Part shown: positions 44,705 to 54,685 of the stretch, in pieces
Numbering within the stretch: position 1 is the first letter of the stretch
Layout of the letters: each line of letters starts with the position of its first letter
IMG/VR virus record: IMGVR_UViG_2162886015_000002
Span: 1 to 61,570 of that record
Reading direction: 5' to 3' (one strand)
DNA: 61,570 nt
DNA from: a virus
Lineage: Duplodnaviria; Caudoviricetes
Notes under the pieces: model-generated
The model's input: only the letters and a program-made list of their open reading frames with translations
The model's database searches: none
What the model was told of the DNA's origin: nothing
Program-made: the position numbers and the translations under genes

Positions 44705-45606
44705 ACAAACAGCTTTGCGCGGTAGGGCGCGAGAAGGGCCTTCGTATCGTCATCGATATTTGTCGCGGCGAAGCGCTCGAGCGCGGTATCGCCAGCCTTA
44801 TACATCTTCGTGGCGCCGAGCTGTGGCACCGCCGCCTGAGCCTGAATGATGTTCGCGCACGCAGCCTTGATCGCGGGTGGCAATCCGGATGCTGGATAAC
44901 CCGCCACGTACCAGAGGTTGATCTCGCTGTAGTACGCGAGCATCACGCCGGCCGGGACCCACACCATGCCCGTCTCGAAGTCCACACCGGTATTGATGAT
45001 CGGGAAAAACTCCCATACCGGCGGCCCACCGAAGTGAGAGAGCGACGCGAGCAGATTGAACTCGTCGACCTGATACCGCGATGACGCGCCGCGGCGACCG
45101 TAGCCGTAGCGACCCTGTCCAGCGATCAGGCGCGCGACTGGCGTGAACGCGAGGTTCGTTACCGGACGCCCATCAGGCATGAACTTGTGCTGCTTGATCG
45201 TCATGCCCTTGTCGGCAGTCGCACCATTTGCATGGGCGAATACAACGTTTTGAAGCGTCACATTCTGGCCGGAGATCGACACGATTGCGACTGGCTCGCC
45301 AATCGCATTGTTGGCCCGGTCCAGAATGATCACGTCCCCGACCAGCAAGGATGCGACGCCGCCGACCAGCGGAACCACTACGTTATTACCCGGCGCAATC
45401 GCCGCGCCAAGCGCGAATGATTGCGTCGGCGTGAGCGCAGCCATCCATCCTGGCGCGCCGGTACCGTCCGGTACCCACACCAGACCTTCCGGGCGCTTCA
45501 GGTACAGATCGATCAACGTCGATGCCGTCGTAACCTGTGCCGCCGTCGTGCCGGCCGGTAGCCCGTACGTCGCGTAGTCGCCGGAGGTCAGGTAGGAAGA
45601 GGGCAT
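44701..45606 (-). CDS. head-tail adaptor
   Basis: ASTLIDLYL...YVAGY...PPAIKAAC...LLAPYR. Confidence 0.7.
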   Translation of the reverse strand: MPSSYLTSGDYATYGLPAGTTAAQVTTASTLIDLYLKRPEGLVWVPDGTGAPGWMAALTPTQSFALGAAIAPGNNVVVPLVGGVASLLVGDVIILDRANNAIGEPVAIVSISGQNVTLQNVVFAHANGATADKGMTIKQHKFMPDGRPVTNLAFTPVARLIAGQGRYGYGRRGASSRYQVDEFNLLASLSHFGGPPVWEFFPIINTGVDFETGMVWVPAGVMLAYYSEINLWYVAGYPASGLPPAIKAACANIIQAQAAVPQLGATKMYKAGDTALERFAATNIDDDTKALLAPYRAKLFV

Positions 45607-45607
45607 C

Positions 45608-46003
45608 TTAGTTCGCTTGCAGAAGGCCTGCTACGTTCGACAGCGTTGCAGCAGCGCCGCCGGTGTTGGTCACCGTCACCTGATACGACATAAAGGGCAG
45701 CGTGTCGGCGGTCCCGATCGAAGCCATTTGCGCAGTGTTGGCGGTGAGCGCCGCAGTGACCGGCGCACCGATGGCGACGGTACCGGCAGCGTCCAGAAAG
45801 CGCTGGATCGTGATCGCGCCAGCCTGTGTTGATTTCAGGCCCAGCGCGAAGTACTTCCAGCCGTTGGAGATCAGCACGGCCGACTGCAACTGGCCGCTGG
45901 CTGGCACCTGTGCATTCAGGCCCAGCTGCGCGGCGCTGAGCGGTGTCTGGAGCGACGGGCCCAGTTCACCGCCAACGCCGGTGTTATCTGCGCGGATTGT
46001 CAT
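45608..46003 (-). CDS. hypothetical virion protein
   Basis: position in head module. Confidence 0.6.
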   Translation of the reverse strand: MTIRADNTGVGGELGPSLQTPLSAAQLGLNAQVPASGQLQSAVLISNGWKYFALGLKSTQAGAITIQRFLDAAGTVAIGAPVTAALTANTAQMASIGTADTLPFMSYQVTVTNTGGAAATLSNVAGLLQAN

Positions 46004-46284
46004 GTCGAGGTCAGGATCCGGTGAGTGCGTACGCGTTCGTCCTGCACTTCCAGACGCTTCGCCATCGCGAGGTCAGTCATGATCGGAGAGCGCTGCACGA
46101 GACCTTTGTCCAGCAGGTAGTTCGCGAGGTCGTGGCGCACATTCGAGGCCTTTCCGTCGACGAACTGGACGGAGAAGGTGAGCGGCGTGCCGTCATGACC
46201 GCAGAAATCGGACGTCGGGAATTCCTTGCCCGGCTGAACGATGATGAGGTGGTCGCGCTTGCCGGTTGTCAGATACAGGTGCAT
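46000..46284 (-). CDS. hypothetical protein
   Basis: VQFVDGKA...LANYLLDKG. Confidence 0.6.
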   Translation of the reverse strand: MHLYLTTGKRDHLIIVQPGKEFPTSDFCGHDGTPLTFSVQFVDGKASNVRHDLANYLLDKGLVQRSPIMTDLAMAKRLEVQDERVRTHRILTST

Positions 46285-46308
46285 GCCAGTCCTTTGGTTT
46301 GGGAAAAG

Positions 46309-46337
46309 AAAAGGGCGCTGGAATTAACCAGCGCCCC
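46309..46337 (-). terminator. terminator after capsid gene
   Basis: GGGCGCTGG-ttaatt-CCAGCGCCC-TTTT on minus strand. Confidence 0.75.
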
Positions 46338-46380
46338 TCGACGTGCCATCCGAAGAAGGCAGCGCACTACCCACCAGCGA

Positions 46381-47436
46381 TTACGTGCTGACGACTGCCA
46401 CCGTGGCATGCGCGTAGCTGTAGCCCTTCACGATCAGCGCGTCGAACTGCACGCCGACGAACTGGCCAGCCAGGTTACCCGTCAGACCCAGTTGGAAGAT
46501 GCGCGGCTTGCCGTCGGTGCCCTTGCCGATGTATGCGATTTCGAGCATCGATTCGGTGGTGATCACGGCGTAGTAGTTGTTCAGACCGCTACCCGGGTTC
46601 GCGAAGCCGTAGTTGCCGCTCGAATCCGTCGGCATGTACGGATCCGGGATCAGCGGCAGGTCACCCGCTTGCGTAGCGAGGAACTTGACCGAGACGCCTG
46701 CAACCACGTCCTTCGTCTTCAGCTCGATATGCGACGCTTTCGCTTCCTTCTCGATCTTGTCGATCAGGAGCGGATTCAGGTAGATCGCGGTCGGCTTCGG
46801 TTTGAACGTCTGGTTCGCCATCATCGTGGCGACCATCGTCTTCAGGCCGTCGATGATCGATGAACCGAACGGGATCGTAGCCTGCTGCGTGATCTGCTCG
46901 AGCGCGCCGACCCATTGCAGCGTAGTCGGGACCAGCAGCGATGTGTCGGTGCCGTTCCAGAACATGTGTGCGCGCAGCACGATGATCGCCGTGATAATGT
47001 CTTCGACGTCCTTCGCCTGCAGGGAGGCGAACTGGCCTTGCTGCTCGGTCACGTCGCGGTCGAACAGCGACAGGTTCGATTGCGCGACGCTCGCCTTGAT
47101 GAAGGCAGCGCGTTCGACGCGAGTCGGCCCCGAAGCAGTCGCAGCGAGGTTGCGCGGATCGTTCGAGGTCGCGGTGGCGATGGCGATCTGTTCGAAGTAG
47201 CGATGCGGGTGACCGGTCGCCGGAACGTGCGGCGTGCGCTCGAGCGCCACCGAATTACGACGGATCAGGTCAACGATTTCGCGTTCGAACACCGGCACTT
47301 CGAGAGCGCCGGGGCCGCTGTAATCGGCGGCAGCCGACAGGGCGTGCATGCCCTGGCCGCTTGCGCCCAACGTGTTGCCGAGCGCGATCAGCGCCGGATC
47401 TTCCGAAGCGGAAGCGGCGCGTGCAATGATAGTCAT
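46381..47436 (-). CDS. major capsid protein
   Basis: 351 aa after protease/scaffold, followed by a terminator. Confidence 0.75.
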   Translation of the reverse strand: MTIIARAASASEDPALIALGNTLGASGQGMHALSAAADYSGPGALEVPVFEREIVDLIRRNSVALERTPHVPATGHPHRYFEQIAIATATSNDPRNLAATASGPTRVERAAFIKASVAQSNLSLFDRDVTEQQGQFASLQAKDVEDIITAIIVLRAHMFWNGTDTSLLVPTTLQWVGALEQITQQATIPFGSSIIDGLKTMVATMMANQTFKPKPTAIYLNPLLIDKIEKEAKASHIELKTKDVVAGVSVKFLATQAGDLPLIPDPYMPTDSSGNYGFANPGSGLNNYYAVITTESMLEIAYIGKGTDGKPRIFQLGLTGNLAGQFVGVQFDALIVKGYSYAHATVAVVST

Positions 47437-47481
47437 GGCTTTTCCTGTGAAGTCTGGGATGTGTAGTGCGGGGCGCGCTGC

Positions 47482-48888
47482 TTACTTGCGCAGGAGACCG
47501 GCTTGTGCGATCTGCTGCTTCGCGGCGATGCGGGCGCTGATGCCCGTCACGCCAGCCGCTTCCAGCATCGTGTCGATCTGGCCTTCGGTCAGACCTTCCT
47601 TCGTGTCTTCGACCTTGATGCCGCCCTTGGCGAGCAGCGTCAGGACCTCGGACGGCACGGTCTTGCGGTCGGGGGCTGGTACGCCCTTGAACGCAGCAGC
47701 CTTCAGGTCGGTCAGTTGCGTGCCCAGACCGGCCAGCGTGTCCGTGATGCCCTTGATAACCGGGTTGTTCGCGTCGAGCACGGGGGCGTCCGCGTGGCCT
47801 GGCTTCAGTTCGACCGCAGCAGCACGGAAGTCCCAGTCGTGGTCGCGGAAGATGTGCGGCACTTTGCCAGCGGCTGCATCGGCTTCCATCGAGGCCGCCA
47901 TATGGTGCAGCACCTTCACGTGGCCGCGCGAACTGTCGAGGCCCATGCCGGATGCTTCCATCGCAGCGGCGCAGTTGCGCAGCGCGGTGGCGTGCGGCGC
48001 GACGCGATCTCGCACTTCCTTGTTGGCTTGCAAAGCCGTTTCGCCCGCAGCCTTGATCGCGGTCACTTCTTTCGTGACATTCGCGAGTTGGGTCGTGATC
48101 GGGCCCAGTGCGCCGGCCAACAGCGCTTCCATTTCTTCTTTGGTCATTTCGATGTCCTGTTCAGCCTGTGCGGCCAATGATGTTGACTGGTAGGCAGCCT
48201 TGTCCTTGTAGAGGACGGCAGCGCCGGTGAACACGCAGCTCACAATCTGAAGCAGGTCGCCCATCGGTCGAGTTTGAGCCCGGACTTCATAGCTGAAGCC
48301 AAGGTCCTCTTTCTCGTCCTGAATCTTGGTGCAAACCTGCGGAAAGTCCGCAGCGTAGAAAAAGCCTTCGATGCGCACCTCTTCGCCGACGATCTCAGCG
48401 CCCGTGATCACGCCGATCTTCTGGGTGACGTTGTGGGCGCTCAGGTCGTCGGAAAAGTCGACCCCCATGCCGAGAAGGCTTTCAAGGGCCTTTTCAGCAA
48501 CATCTTTCGGCAGGTAGGTGCGCTTGCCGCCAGAACCGCCCGGAGGCAGATCAGATGGCTGATTCACGAACGTGAGCACGCCGGAGAACGGCATGCGGTT
48601 CGGATGGTTTGCGACTTCGGGCACGTTCAGCGACATGCCCCAGAGCGTCATTGCGGCAGCGTGGACGCTCTTGTCCCAGCCGGACGTGTCGATGCCGAGT
48701 TCCTTTGCGCGGCGCAGGATCCGGGCGCGCGCTTCCGAGCGCTCGGCTTCCGACAGCCCCTGCGTGCGGTCGACCTGATCCCAGGCGAGAGACGTGTGTG
48801 TCTCGTCGTTGATCGGCAACTTGCGCTTGCCGGGCACAGCAAAGTGCTCGGGGGGCAGCGCGTCGCGTTCCTCTTTCGAGAGCGGCAT
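47482..48888 (-). CDS. prohead protease/scaffold protein
   Basis: H...KIGVIT...IEGFFY...LGFSYE...FTGAAVL...AAY; helical C-terminus. Confidence 0.7.
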   Translation of the reverse strand: MPLSKEERDALPPEHFAVPGKRKLPINDETHTSLAWDQVDRTQGLSEAERSEARARILRRAKELGIDTSGWDKSVHAAAMTLWGMSLNVPEVANHPNRMPFSGVLTFVNQPSDLPPGGSGGKRTYLPKDVAEKALESLLGMGVDFSDDLSAHNVTQKIGVITGAEIVGEEVRIEGFFYAADFPQVCTKIQDEKEDLGFSYEVRAQTRPMGDLLQIVSCVFTGAAVLYKDKAAYQSTSLAAQAEQDIEMTKEEMEALLAGALGPITTQLANVTKEVTAIKAAGETALQANKEVRDRVAPHATALRNCAAAMEASGMGLDSSRGHVKVLHHMAASMEADAAAGKVPHIFRDHDWDFRAAAVELKPGHADAPVLDANNPVIKGITDTLAGLGTQLTDLKAAAFKGVPAPDRKTVPSEVLTLLAKGGIKVEDTKEGLTEGQIDTMLEAAGVTGISARIAAKQQIAQAGLLRK

Positions 48889-48900
48889 CTTCGTGTCCTC

Positions 48901-49140
48901 TTACAGCGTCCGGACCTGTTCGAGCAGGGCGGCCACATCCCCATCCACGTTCGCCAGCGCGTGATAGGCGAGGTACTTCACGCCCGCCAGCGCAACGACG
49001 ACCGGATTCAGCGTGTTGTGCAGGGCGTGGTCGCCCGCTTTCAGCGCTGCCTCGGACGCCGCTTCCAGATCGGCGTAGAGAGTCGACGCCTTCTGCGACG
49101 GCTCGTCTGCCTTCGCTGCTTTGGTGGTCTTAGATGCCAT
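48901..49140 (-). CDS. hypothetical protein
   Basis: AGGAG RBS. Confidence 0.6.
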   Translation of the reverse strand: MASKTTKAAKADEPSQKASTLYADLEAASEAALKAGDHALHNTLNPVVVALAGVKYLAYHALANVDGDVAALLEQVRTL

Positions 49141-49196
49141 GTCGGCTCCTGCTGAACCGGCGGGTTACCGGATGGGTTGGTGAGGAATGCAGCGCT

Positions 49197-49406
49197 TTAG
49201 GTCAACGCGGTGACTGCGGCCTGCACGGCGGTCTTGTTGCTGCCCGCCGGGATGAAGTCGAGGATCGCGTTGAGCACCTGAATTGCGTCGGCGCATTTTT
49301 CAGCGCTGAAGTTCAGCATGCCCGGCAGATCCTGACCGCTGGCTGCGCAGGTAGCGGTTTCGGCCGAGAGTGCGGTCAAGGCCAGAAGGTTGGTGCGGAC
49401 GCCCAT
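49197..49406 (-). CDS. hypothetical protein
   Basis: AGGAG RBS. Confidence 0.6.
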   Translation of the reverse strand: MGVRTNLLALTALSAETATCAASGQDLPGMLNFSAEKCADAIQVLNAILDFIPAGSNKTAVQAAVTALT

Positions 49407-49464
49407 GGCGTTCTCCTATGCGTGGTGGGGTACTGCGGAAGTCGCGCACAGGGCGCGAAAGTGG

Positions 49465-49773
49465 TTAAGCGAAGATCGTGACGTCGAACGTACCGGCGGC
49501 CAGCGTGTTCGCGGCGAGGCGCGGATTCAGCGTGACGTTGAAGCCAGCTTGGGTCTTGCCAGACACGAACGGCACCGCGTCCTGATTCGGCGTGACCTCG
49601 ACCGTGTAGTTGGCCGGCAGCTGCAAGCCGCCTACTGCGGTGACGACTGCGGCGCCCGCGCCGCTGCCCGCGACGTTTGCAACGCCGGGCAGGATGGCGA
49701 ATATCACGCGGTCCGGTTGTGCAGTCGGGCTGCTACCCGGCACGACATCGATCGTATGGATGGGAAGTCCCAT
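49465..49773 (-). CDS. hypothetical virion protein
   Basis: AGGAG RBS; YTVEVTP...KTQAGFNV. Confidence 0.6.
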   Translation of the reverse strand: MGLPIHTIDVVPGSSPTAQPDRVIFAILPGVANVAGSGAGAAVVTAVGGLQLPANYTVEVTPNQDAVPFVSGKTQAGFNVTLNPRLAANTLAAGTFDVTIFA

Positions 49774-49840
49774 TGAATGCTCCTGTGTCGGGCGAACGCC
49801 CAGAGGGTTGCCTTGCGGCGGTGAACAGGCGTTCGGCCTG

Positions 49841-51190
49841 CTATTCGATGCTGGTCAATGCGGGGTTAGCGGTCTTCGCGCCCTTGGCGGCTTCGATCGC
49901 GATCTGCGCATCGGCGCTCACCATGTCGCCGAACTTGCTCTGGAGCGGCGGCATATTGCGGCGCGCGCGGTACTCGTTCGGCGTGATGGCGTTGTTTTTG
50001 TATTCCTTCTCGTAGATGTCGGCCGTCGCCTTCTCATCCTCACGATCCAGACCACCCGGCGTCAGTTCGATGTTCGTGAAACCGAGCCGCCCCCAGATCA
50101 CCTCGCGATTGAAGTAGGCGCAGACGGTGCGCGTCACCGGCTTGATCGACAGATCCCAGTCGCGATCCTCGGCCACCTCGCCGTTGTTGCGATTGATGTT
50201 CTGCTCGACGCCGAGGTTCTGTGCACTGATCCCGAACGCCACCGAGATCTCGCGGATCACGAACTCCTGATACTTCAGGAAGAGGGCGTTGTCGTCCGTG
50301 CCGCGCAGGTTGAGCACCTTCGCGTCGGCGCCGCCAATGACCGGCGTTTGGCCCTGACCTTCGATGTCGTTGCGCCAGTAACCGCGGAACGCCTCGATGG
50401 TCGTCTGATCGGCCTGCTGGAGAAAGATCAGGTTCTGAGGGTGCGCATTCGCCGCGACGTCGCCGGCGTACTCAGCGACACCCAGCAGACGGTTGATCGT
50501 CTCGAACGCAACTTCGAGCGCGCCAAACGCGAACGGCGAATCGGTCGTGATCCGGTCGCGGATGTACACCAGTTCGCGATTCAGGATGTCGCGGCCCTGC
50601 GCCACGCCGACATTGCCGAAGCCGAATGTCTGGCAGTAGCGTGGCTTCGCCTCGTCGCCGTCCCAGTCCGCATAGATCTGGATGGACAACGCATCGACCG
50701 GCCACAACCATAGCGGGCGCAGCTTGTCGCCGCCAACCTGCTGCTCGATCGCGCCGGCGCCACACACCAGCAGATCTTCGACAACCTGCTGCAGCAGCGA
50801 ACTGAACGAATCGTCGTGGTTCGGGCTGAACAGGCACGCGGACGTGACGTCAATTTGCCGCTTGATCTCGCTGTTTTCAGCGATATCCTTCTTCACGCGC
50901 ACCGACCAGTCGAGCGAGCAGATCGAGCGGGTATAGAACTGGATGGCGCGCGTCGCATACGGCGTGCGGGAGAAATACCGCAGGTTCGCCGGGACCGGCT
51001 TGATCATCGGCCGCGAATCGCGCAGGTTCCACGATCCAACCTGGCGCATGCGCGCGTATTGCGACGTTACGCGATGCGGTTCGTGGCGCGGCCGGCCCGC
51101 GGTGATCGCACGCACCGCGCCGGTGACCGCACGCTTGATGCGCGTCCAGCGCGACGGCGGCGGTCGCTGATGCAGCTTCGTGTGATCCAT
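49841..51190 (-). CDS. portal protein
   Basis: EDLLVCGAGAIE...LWPVD...REISVAFGIS..NLG...ITPNEYR...MPP. Confidence 0.88.
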   Translation of the reverse strand: MDHTKLHQRPPPSRWTRIKRAVTGAVRAITAGRPRHEPHRVTSQYARMRQVGSWNLRDSRPMIKPVPANLRYFSRTPYATRAIQFYTRSICSLDWSVRVKKDIAENSEIKRQIDVTSACLFSPNHDDSFSSLLQQVVEDLLVCGAGAIEQQVGGDKLRPLWLWPVDALSIQIYADWDGDEAKPRYCQTFGFGNVGVAQGRDILNRELVYIRDRITTDSPFAFGALEVAFETINRLLGVAEYAGDVAANAHPQNLIFLQQADQTTIEAFRGYWRNDIEGQGQTPVIGGADAKVLNLRGTDDNALFLKYQEFVIREISVAFGISAQNLGVEQNINRNNGEVAEDRDWDLSIKPVTRTVCAYFNREVIWGRLGFTNIELTPGGLDREDEKATADIYEKEYKNNAITPNEYRARRNMPPLQSKFGDMVSADAQIAIEAAKGAKTANPALTSIE

Positions 51191-51200
51191 GAAAGGTCCG

Positions 51201-52733
51201 TTAGATTGAGCCGAACGCCAACGTGCTACGGTGCTCGGCGAGCGCGTAGCACGCGCTGTCGCCCTTGTCCGGACTGCGGCCGATCCGCTTCTTGATCTCG
51301 TCCTTGGTCTCGACCTGAATACCGCGAGGTGTGCGCTTGTAGCGCGGCGCGCACAGGTCGGCGAAGAGCTCGCGATCGGGCGGAAGAGCCAAGTCGTACC
51401 CGTTCACCGGATCCAATGCCTCACGCATGCGCCACCAGAGCTGGGCGCGCAGGTTCGCAAAGCCGAAGATGCCGGTTATATCCAGCTCGTCCGTGCCGGC
51501 CGCGCCGCTGACGCCCCAGATCTTGTCGCCGATTGCAGCGTGAATCAGGTCGTATGGCGATGCGCCGACGCCTACGACGTCCAGGTTGACGACAGTGGAG
51601 GCGTCGCGCAGGTTGAATACTTGAGCGGCCACCACGTGGCCATCCGGCGTGTCGGCACCGGGATAGCAAATCTGCTCGGCGAACCAGTTGCCGTAACGCG
51701 GGCTGTGAATCGTGTTGTCTTGTCCGCCGCGCGCCACGTCGACGCCGAGCGCGGTCATGGGGATGGCCGGTTGTCGCCGGGTCTTCCACCGCTCCTGTGC
51801 TGCGCGGATCCATTCGGACGGAATGATCTGGTAGGCGTCATCCTCGCGGCCCGCAGCGAAGTCGCCCAGCAGCATCTTTGAACGCAACGGCTCGGGCAGC
51901 GCCTGCAGCTTGGCGATGTACCCCGATTCCATATAGAAGGGGTTGTCCGTCACGCGCGCCGGGATGAAAGTGCGCGTCTGCGGCTTGATGATGTCGACTG
52001 CGTCGAACTTCGAGCGGTCGAAGTCATAGACCTGCTCACCTTCGACAATGACAAACTCGCTGCCGTCCGCGCACTCAATCTGGCGCCCCTCGACGGCTGC
52101 GTACCAGCGAAGCTCGCCTGGCGCGGCCGGGTTCGGATGCTGAGGATCAAGCCACGCGGCAAACCAGTCGATCAACCAGTCGCCGGTCGCATCGGTCGGC
52201 GGGTTGGAGCACAGCAGCACCTGACAGCGCTGCGATGGATCCTCGCTGCGGTTCCAGCCGGCGATGAACTCGACCTGCGACTCAAGGAAGTTGGCCGCCT
52301 CGTCGAACACCTTCAGATCGTGCGGGCGCCCCTGATACTTGAGCTTGTCCGTCTCATGCTGGACCGAGCCGAACTCGACGATGCGACGCTTACCGCCGAA
52401 CTCACAGCGCCATACGCCCTTGCCGGAGTTGAATACGCCGTACTCGCCGTACAGGTCGTTGGCGCGATCAATGATTCCGGATAGCTGCGGATACTCGCGA
52501 CGCAGGATCAAGGCGCGCTGGTGGTGCGTGAGCGCTTTGCCGAGAGCCAGATCGGTCTTGCCGCCGCCCGCCGCACCACCGTACAGGATGACGTCGGCGC
52601 GACATTCGTACGCCTGCGTCTGCGGCCCGGGGAGGGGCTTCCACGTGAGCCGGTTACGCGCTTTGAGCGTCTGCAGGAGCGCCAGCTTGTCGGCCGCGCT
52701 CCATGTTCGCCAGTTCTGCCTCGATTGCTGCAT
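51201..52733 (-). CDS. terL: terminase large subunit
   Basis: YGGAAGGGKT, FDEA, CSNP, LGVDVARGGQD, SPDKGD. Confidence 0.92.
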   Translation of the reverse strand: MQQSRQNWRTWSAADKLALLQTLKARNRLTWKPLPGPQTQAYECRADVILYGGAAGGGKTDLALGKALTHHQRALILRREYPQLSGIIDRANDLYGEYGVFNSGKGVWRCEFGGKRRIVEFGSVQHETDKLKYQGRPHDLKVFDEAANFLESQVEFIAGWNRSEDPSQRCQVLLCSNPPTDATGDWLIDWFAAWLDPQHPNPAAPGELRWYAAVEGRQIECADGSEFVIVEGEQVYDFDRSKFDAVDIIKPQTRTFIPARVTDNPFYMESGYIAKLQALPEPLRSKMLLGDFAAGREDDAYQIIPSEWIRAAQERWKTRRQPAIPMTALGVDVARGGQDNTIHSPRYGNWFAEQICYPGADTPDGHVVAAQVFNLRDASTVVNLDVVGVGASPYDLIHAAIGDKIWGVSGAAGTDELDITGIFGFANLRAQLWWRMREALDPVNGYDLALPPDRELFADLCAPRYKRTPRGIQVETKDEIKKRIGRSPDKGDSACYALAEHRSTLAFGSI

Positions 52734-53211
52734 CGATATCTTTCACGTCGGCAGAGTTGGGCGCGTCGAGGCCGCGTATCTTGCGGATGGACGCGACTGC
52801 GGCGCCGGTGGCTTCGACGATGATCTTGATTTCCTTCGGGTCCTGAGACTTTTCGGCGGCGACTTCGAGGTTCAACAGGCAGTGCCGGTTGATGCGGAGC
52901 GCCCGCTCCATGTCGAGGATGTCCTGCTGCGCCGCATCCTCAATCGTTGCGAGTACGCTCTGCGTACCGGCATGCGTACCAGACTGCGTACTTTCTTGCG
53001 TACCGGCTTTGGCGGTGCTCGCAAAGTGCGCATTGACGATGGCACGCTTGGTGGCACCGGGATCGCGCAGCCAGCCTTTAGCCTTGGCGCGCTTCCGGAT
53101 CGCACCCTCAGTGATCCCGTGCTTCTCGGCGATCGCGCGCAACGAATGGACGCCTGCGCGGTACTCGCCTTCGATGGCGACCCAGTCAGGCTCTTTCTTG
53201 TTTGCCGCCAT
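52654..53211 (-). CDS. terS: terminase small subunit
   Basis: DWVAIEGEYRAG..SLRAIAEKHGITEGAIRKRAK..GW.RD. Confidence 0.8.
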   Translation of the reverse strand: MAANKKEPDWVAIEGEYRAGVHSLRAIAEKHGITEGAIRKRAKAKGWLRDPGATKRAIVNAHFASTAKAGTQESTQSGTHAGTQSVLATIEDAAQQDILDMERALRINRHCLLNLEVAAEKSQDPKEIKIIVEATGAAVASIRKIRGLDAPNSADVKDIDAAIEAELANMERGRQAGAPADAQSA

Positions 53212-53343
53212 GATGGTTCAGTAAAGAAGTGCCAGCCGCCCAGCGCCGCTTGGAAACCGGCTTGCACCGGCAAAGGAGGTGGGCAGTACCCTGTCGGCTG
53301 ACTGCCGCGGTTGTCCGCACTCACGGCTTGCGGGATGAAAATG

Positions 53344-53910
53344 TCAGGCTGGCGCTGTCAACGGCTCCCAGCGCACGCCACCATCGTCCGTGAACTCGAA
53401 CGACAGTCCGAGATGTTGCTCGATCGTCGCGCGGTCTTCAGGCGATGCGTCCATCAGGTGGACGGTGTAGAACTTGTCGTACGTCGTCGGGGCGGCAATC
53501 GAGTACTGCACCCAATTATCGCGATCCGGCAGCCGTGCGCCCGTACGTTCGTCGTATCGCGGCTCCGGTCGGTATTCCCAGCCTTCGCCATCCGGCTTGT
53601 GACTGCACGATGACCGGATCTCGCGCATGCCGGCGTGCGGATTCGGGATGCCGTCGAAATAAGCCTTATGCGGCCAGCCGTACTTCCGGTCAGCCCAATG
53701 GCCCTTGGCACCGGCACGGATCGCGGCGGCAACGTCGGCAGGGTGCATGGAGCCGCAGTAACCGCATGAACGCAGCCGACCGACCGCCATACCACCAGCA
53801 GCGGTGTCCGGAGCCTTGGCTTCGCGCCACGGCACCAAGCCGTCGGGATTGCTCTCGCGGCCATAGTGATTCATGCCGTGCCGGTGCGCGATGCTTTTCG
53901 GTTCGTCCAT
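53344..53910 (-). CDS. hypothetical protein
   Basis: RSCGYCGSMHP...WADRKYGWPHK...KFYTVHL; start at MDEPK. Confidence 0.65.
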   Translation of the reverse strand: MDEPKSIAHRHGMNHYGRESNPDGLVPWREAKAPDTAAGGMAVGRLRSCGYCGSMHPADVAAAIRAGAKGHWADRKYGWPHKAYFDGIPNPHAGMREIRSSCSHKPDGEGWEYRPEPRYDERTGARLPDRDNWVQYSIAAPTTYDKFYTVHLMDASPEDRATIEQHLGLSFEFTDDGGVRWEPLTAPA

Positions 53911-54272
53911 ACGGGGCTCGAAAGAAAGAAGCCCGGCGCGAAGCCGGGCGAATCCAACGACTCTCATCGTGGAGGAGACAGGTTGAGGGAATCCACTACC
54001 GCGCGCCACATATAAGGCTGATGCGGTCAACGTGGCGGGCTCTGGTGGTTCCGGTATCGGTGAAGCCTCACCAAGCACAGAGGCGGTCTCGCAATGTGCT
54101 GCCGGGTCAATCCAGAGCGCTGTCACCCTCAGCGAAGCGCGCAACCCGTACGCCGCTCGGGCGCGCTCGGCCGGCCATGCCAGCAGTCTCGCGCTTCGCT
54201 GAAGGAGCCCGGTGCCGCGCGGGGATGATCCGTGCAGCCGACCTGCACGTCGCGGAACTGGGCAAAAGTGAG

Positions 54273-54470
54273 TTAATGGCGGATGGCAAACATGGCTTGC
54301 GCGGCCTCGGCGGGCGTGAGCCCCGATACGTAATAGCCGTGCATCTGCTCATACGCCTGCAGGGTGGGCCGCCACGGCGGCACGATATAACCTGCGACAA
54401 CCGCTTCGTCGAAGGCGACCCGCGTCCATTCTGTCAGGGCGGCTTGCTCGGCCTCGGTCAGGTTGTCCAC
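54273..54470 (-). CDS. hypothetical protein
   Basis: GLTPAEAAQAMF. Confidence 0.55.
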   Translation of the reverse strand: MDNLTEAEQAALTEWTRVAFDEAVVAGYIVPPWRPTLQAYEQMHGYYVSGLTPAEAAQAMFAIRH

Positions 54471-54473
54471 GGA

Positions 54474-54557
54474 TCAATCCTGCGTGAGGATGTCGTGCAG
54501 CGCGATAGCGGCGACGAGCACACAGACCACAATCGCCACGGCCTTGATGAGGAACAT
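54474..54557 (-). CDS. 27-aa membrane peptide
   Basis: GGGAG RBS; MFLIKAVAIVVCVLVAAIALHDILTQD. Confidence 0.45.
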   Translation of the reverse strand: MFLIKAVAIVVCVLVAAIALHDILTQD

Positions 54558-54581
54558 GGTGATCTCCCGCGAGCGGAAACG

Positions 54582-54672
54582 AAAAAGCCGCGCGAGCTGT
54601 TGGCTGGCGCGGCTTTAGAGGGTATTCCGGTGAGTCTGGCGAAATACTATGTGAGTTGTCGCAGAAAATCAA
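54582..54672 (-). promoter_or_regulatory. pR'-like late promoter plus tR'-like terminator
   Basis: TTGATT(54672-54667)-17bp-TAGTAT(54649-54644); hairpin AGCCGCGC...GCGCGGCT plus U-tract 54616-54582. Confidence 0.65.
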
Positions 54673-54685
54673 GCATATTTCGCGC

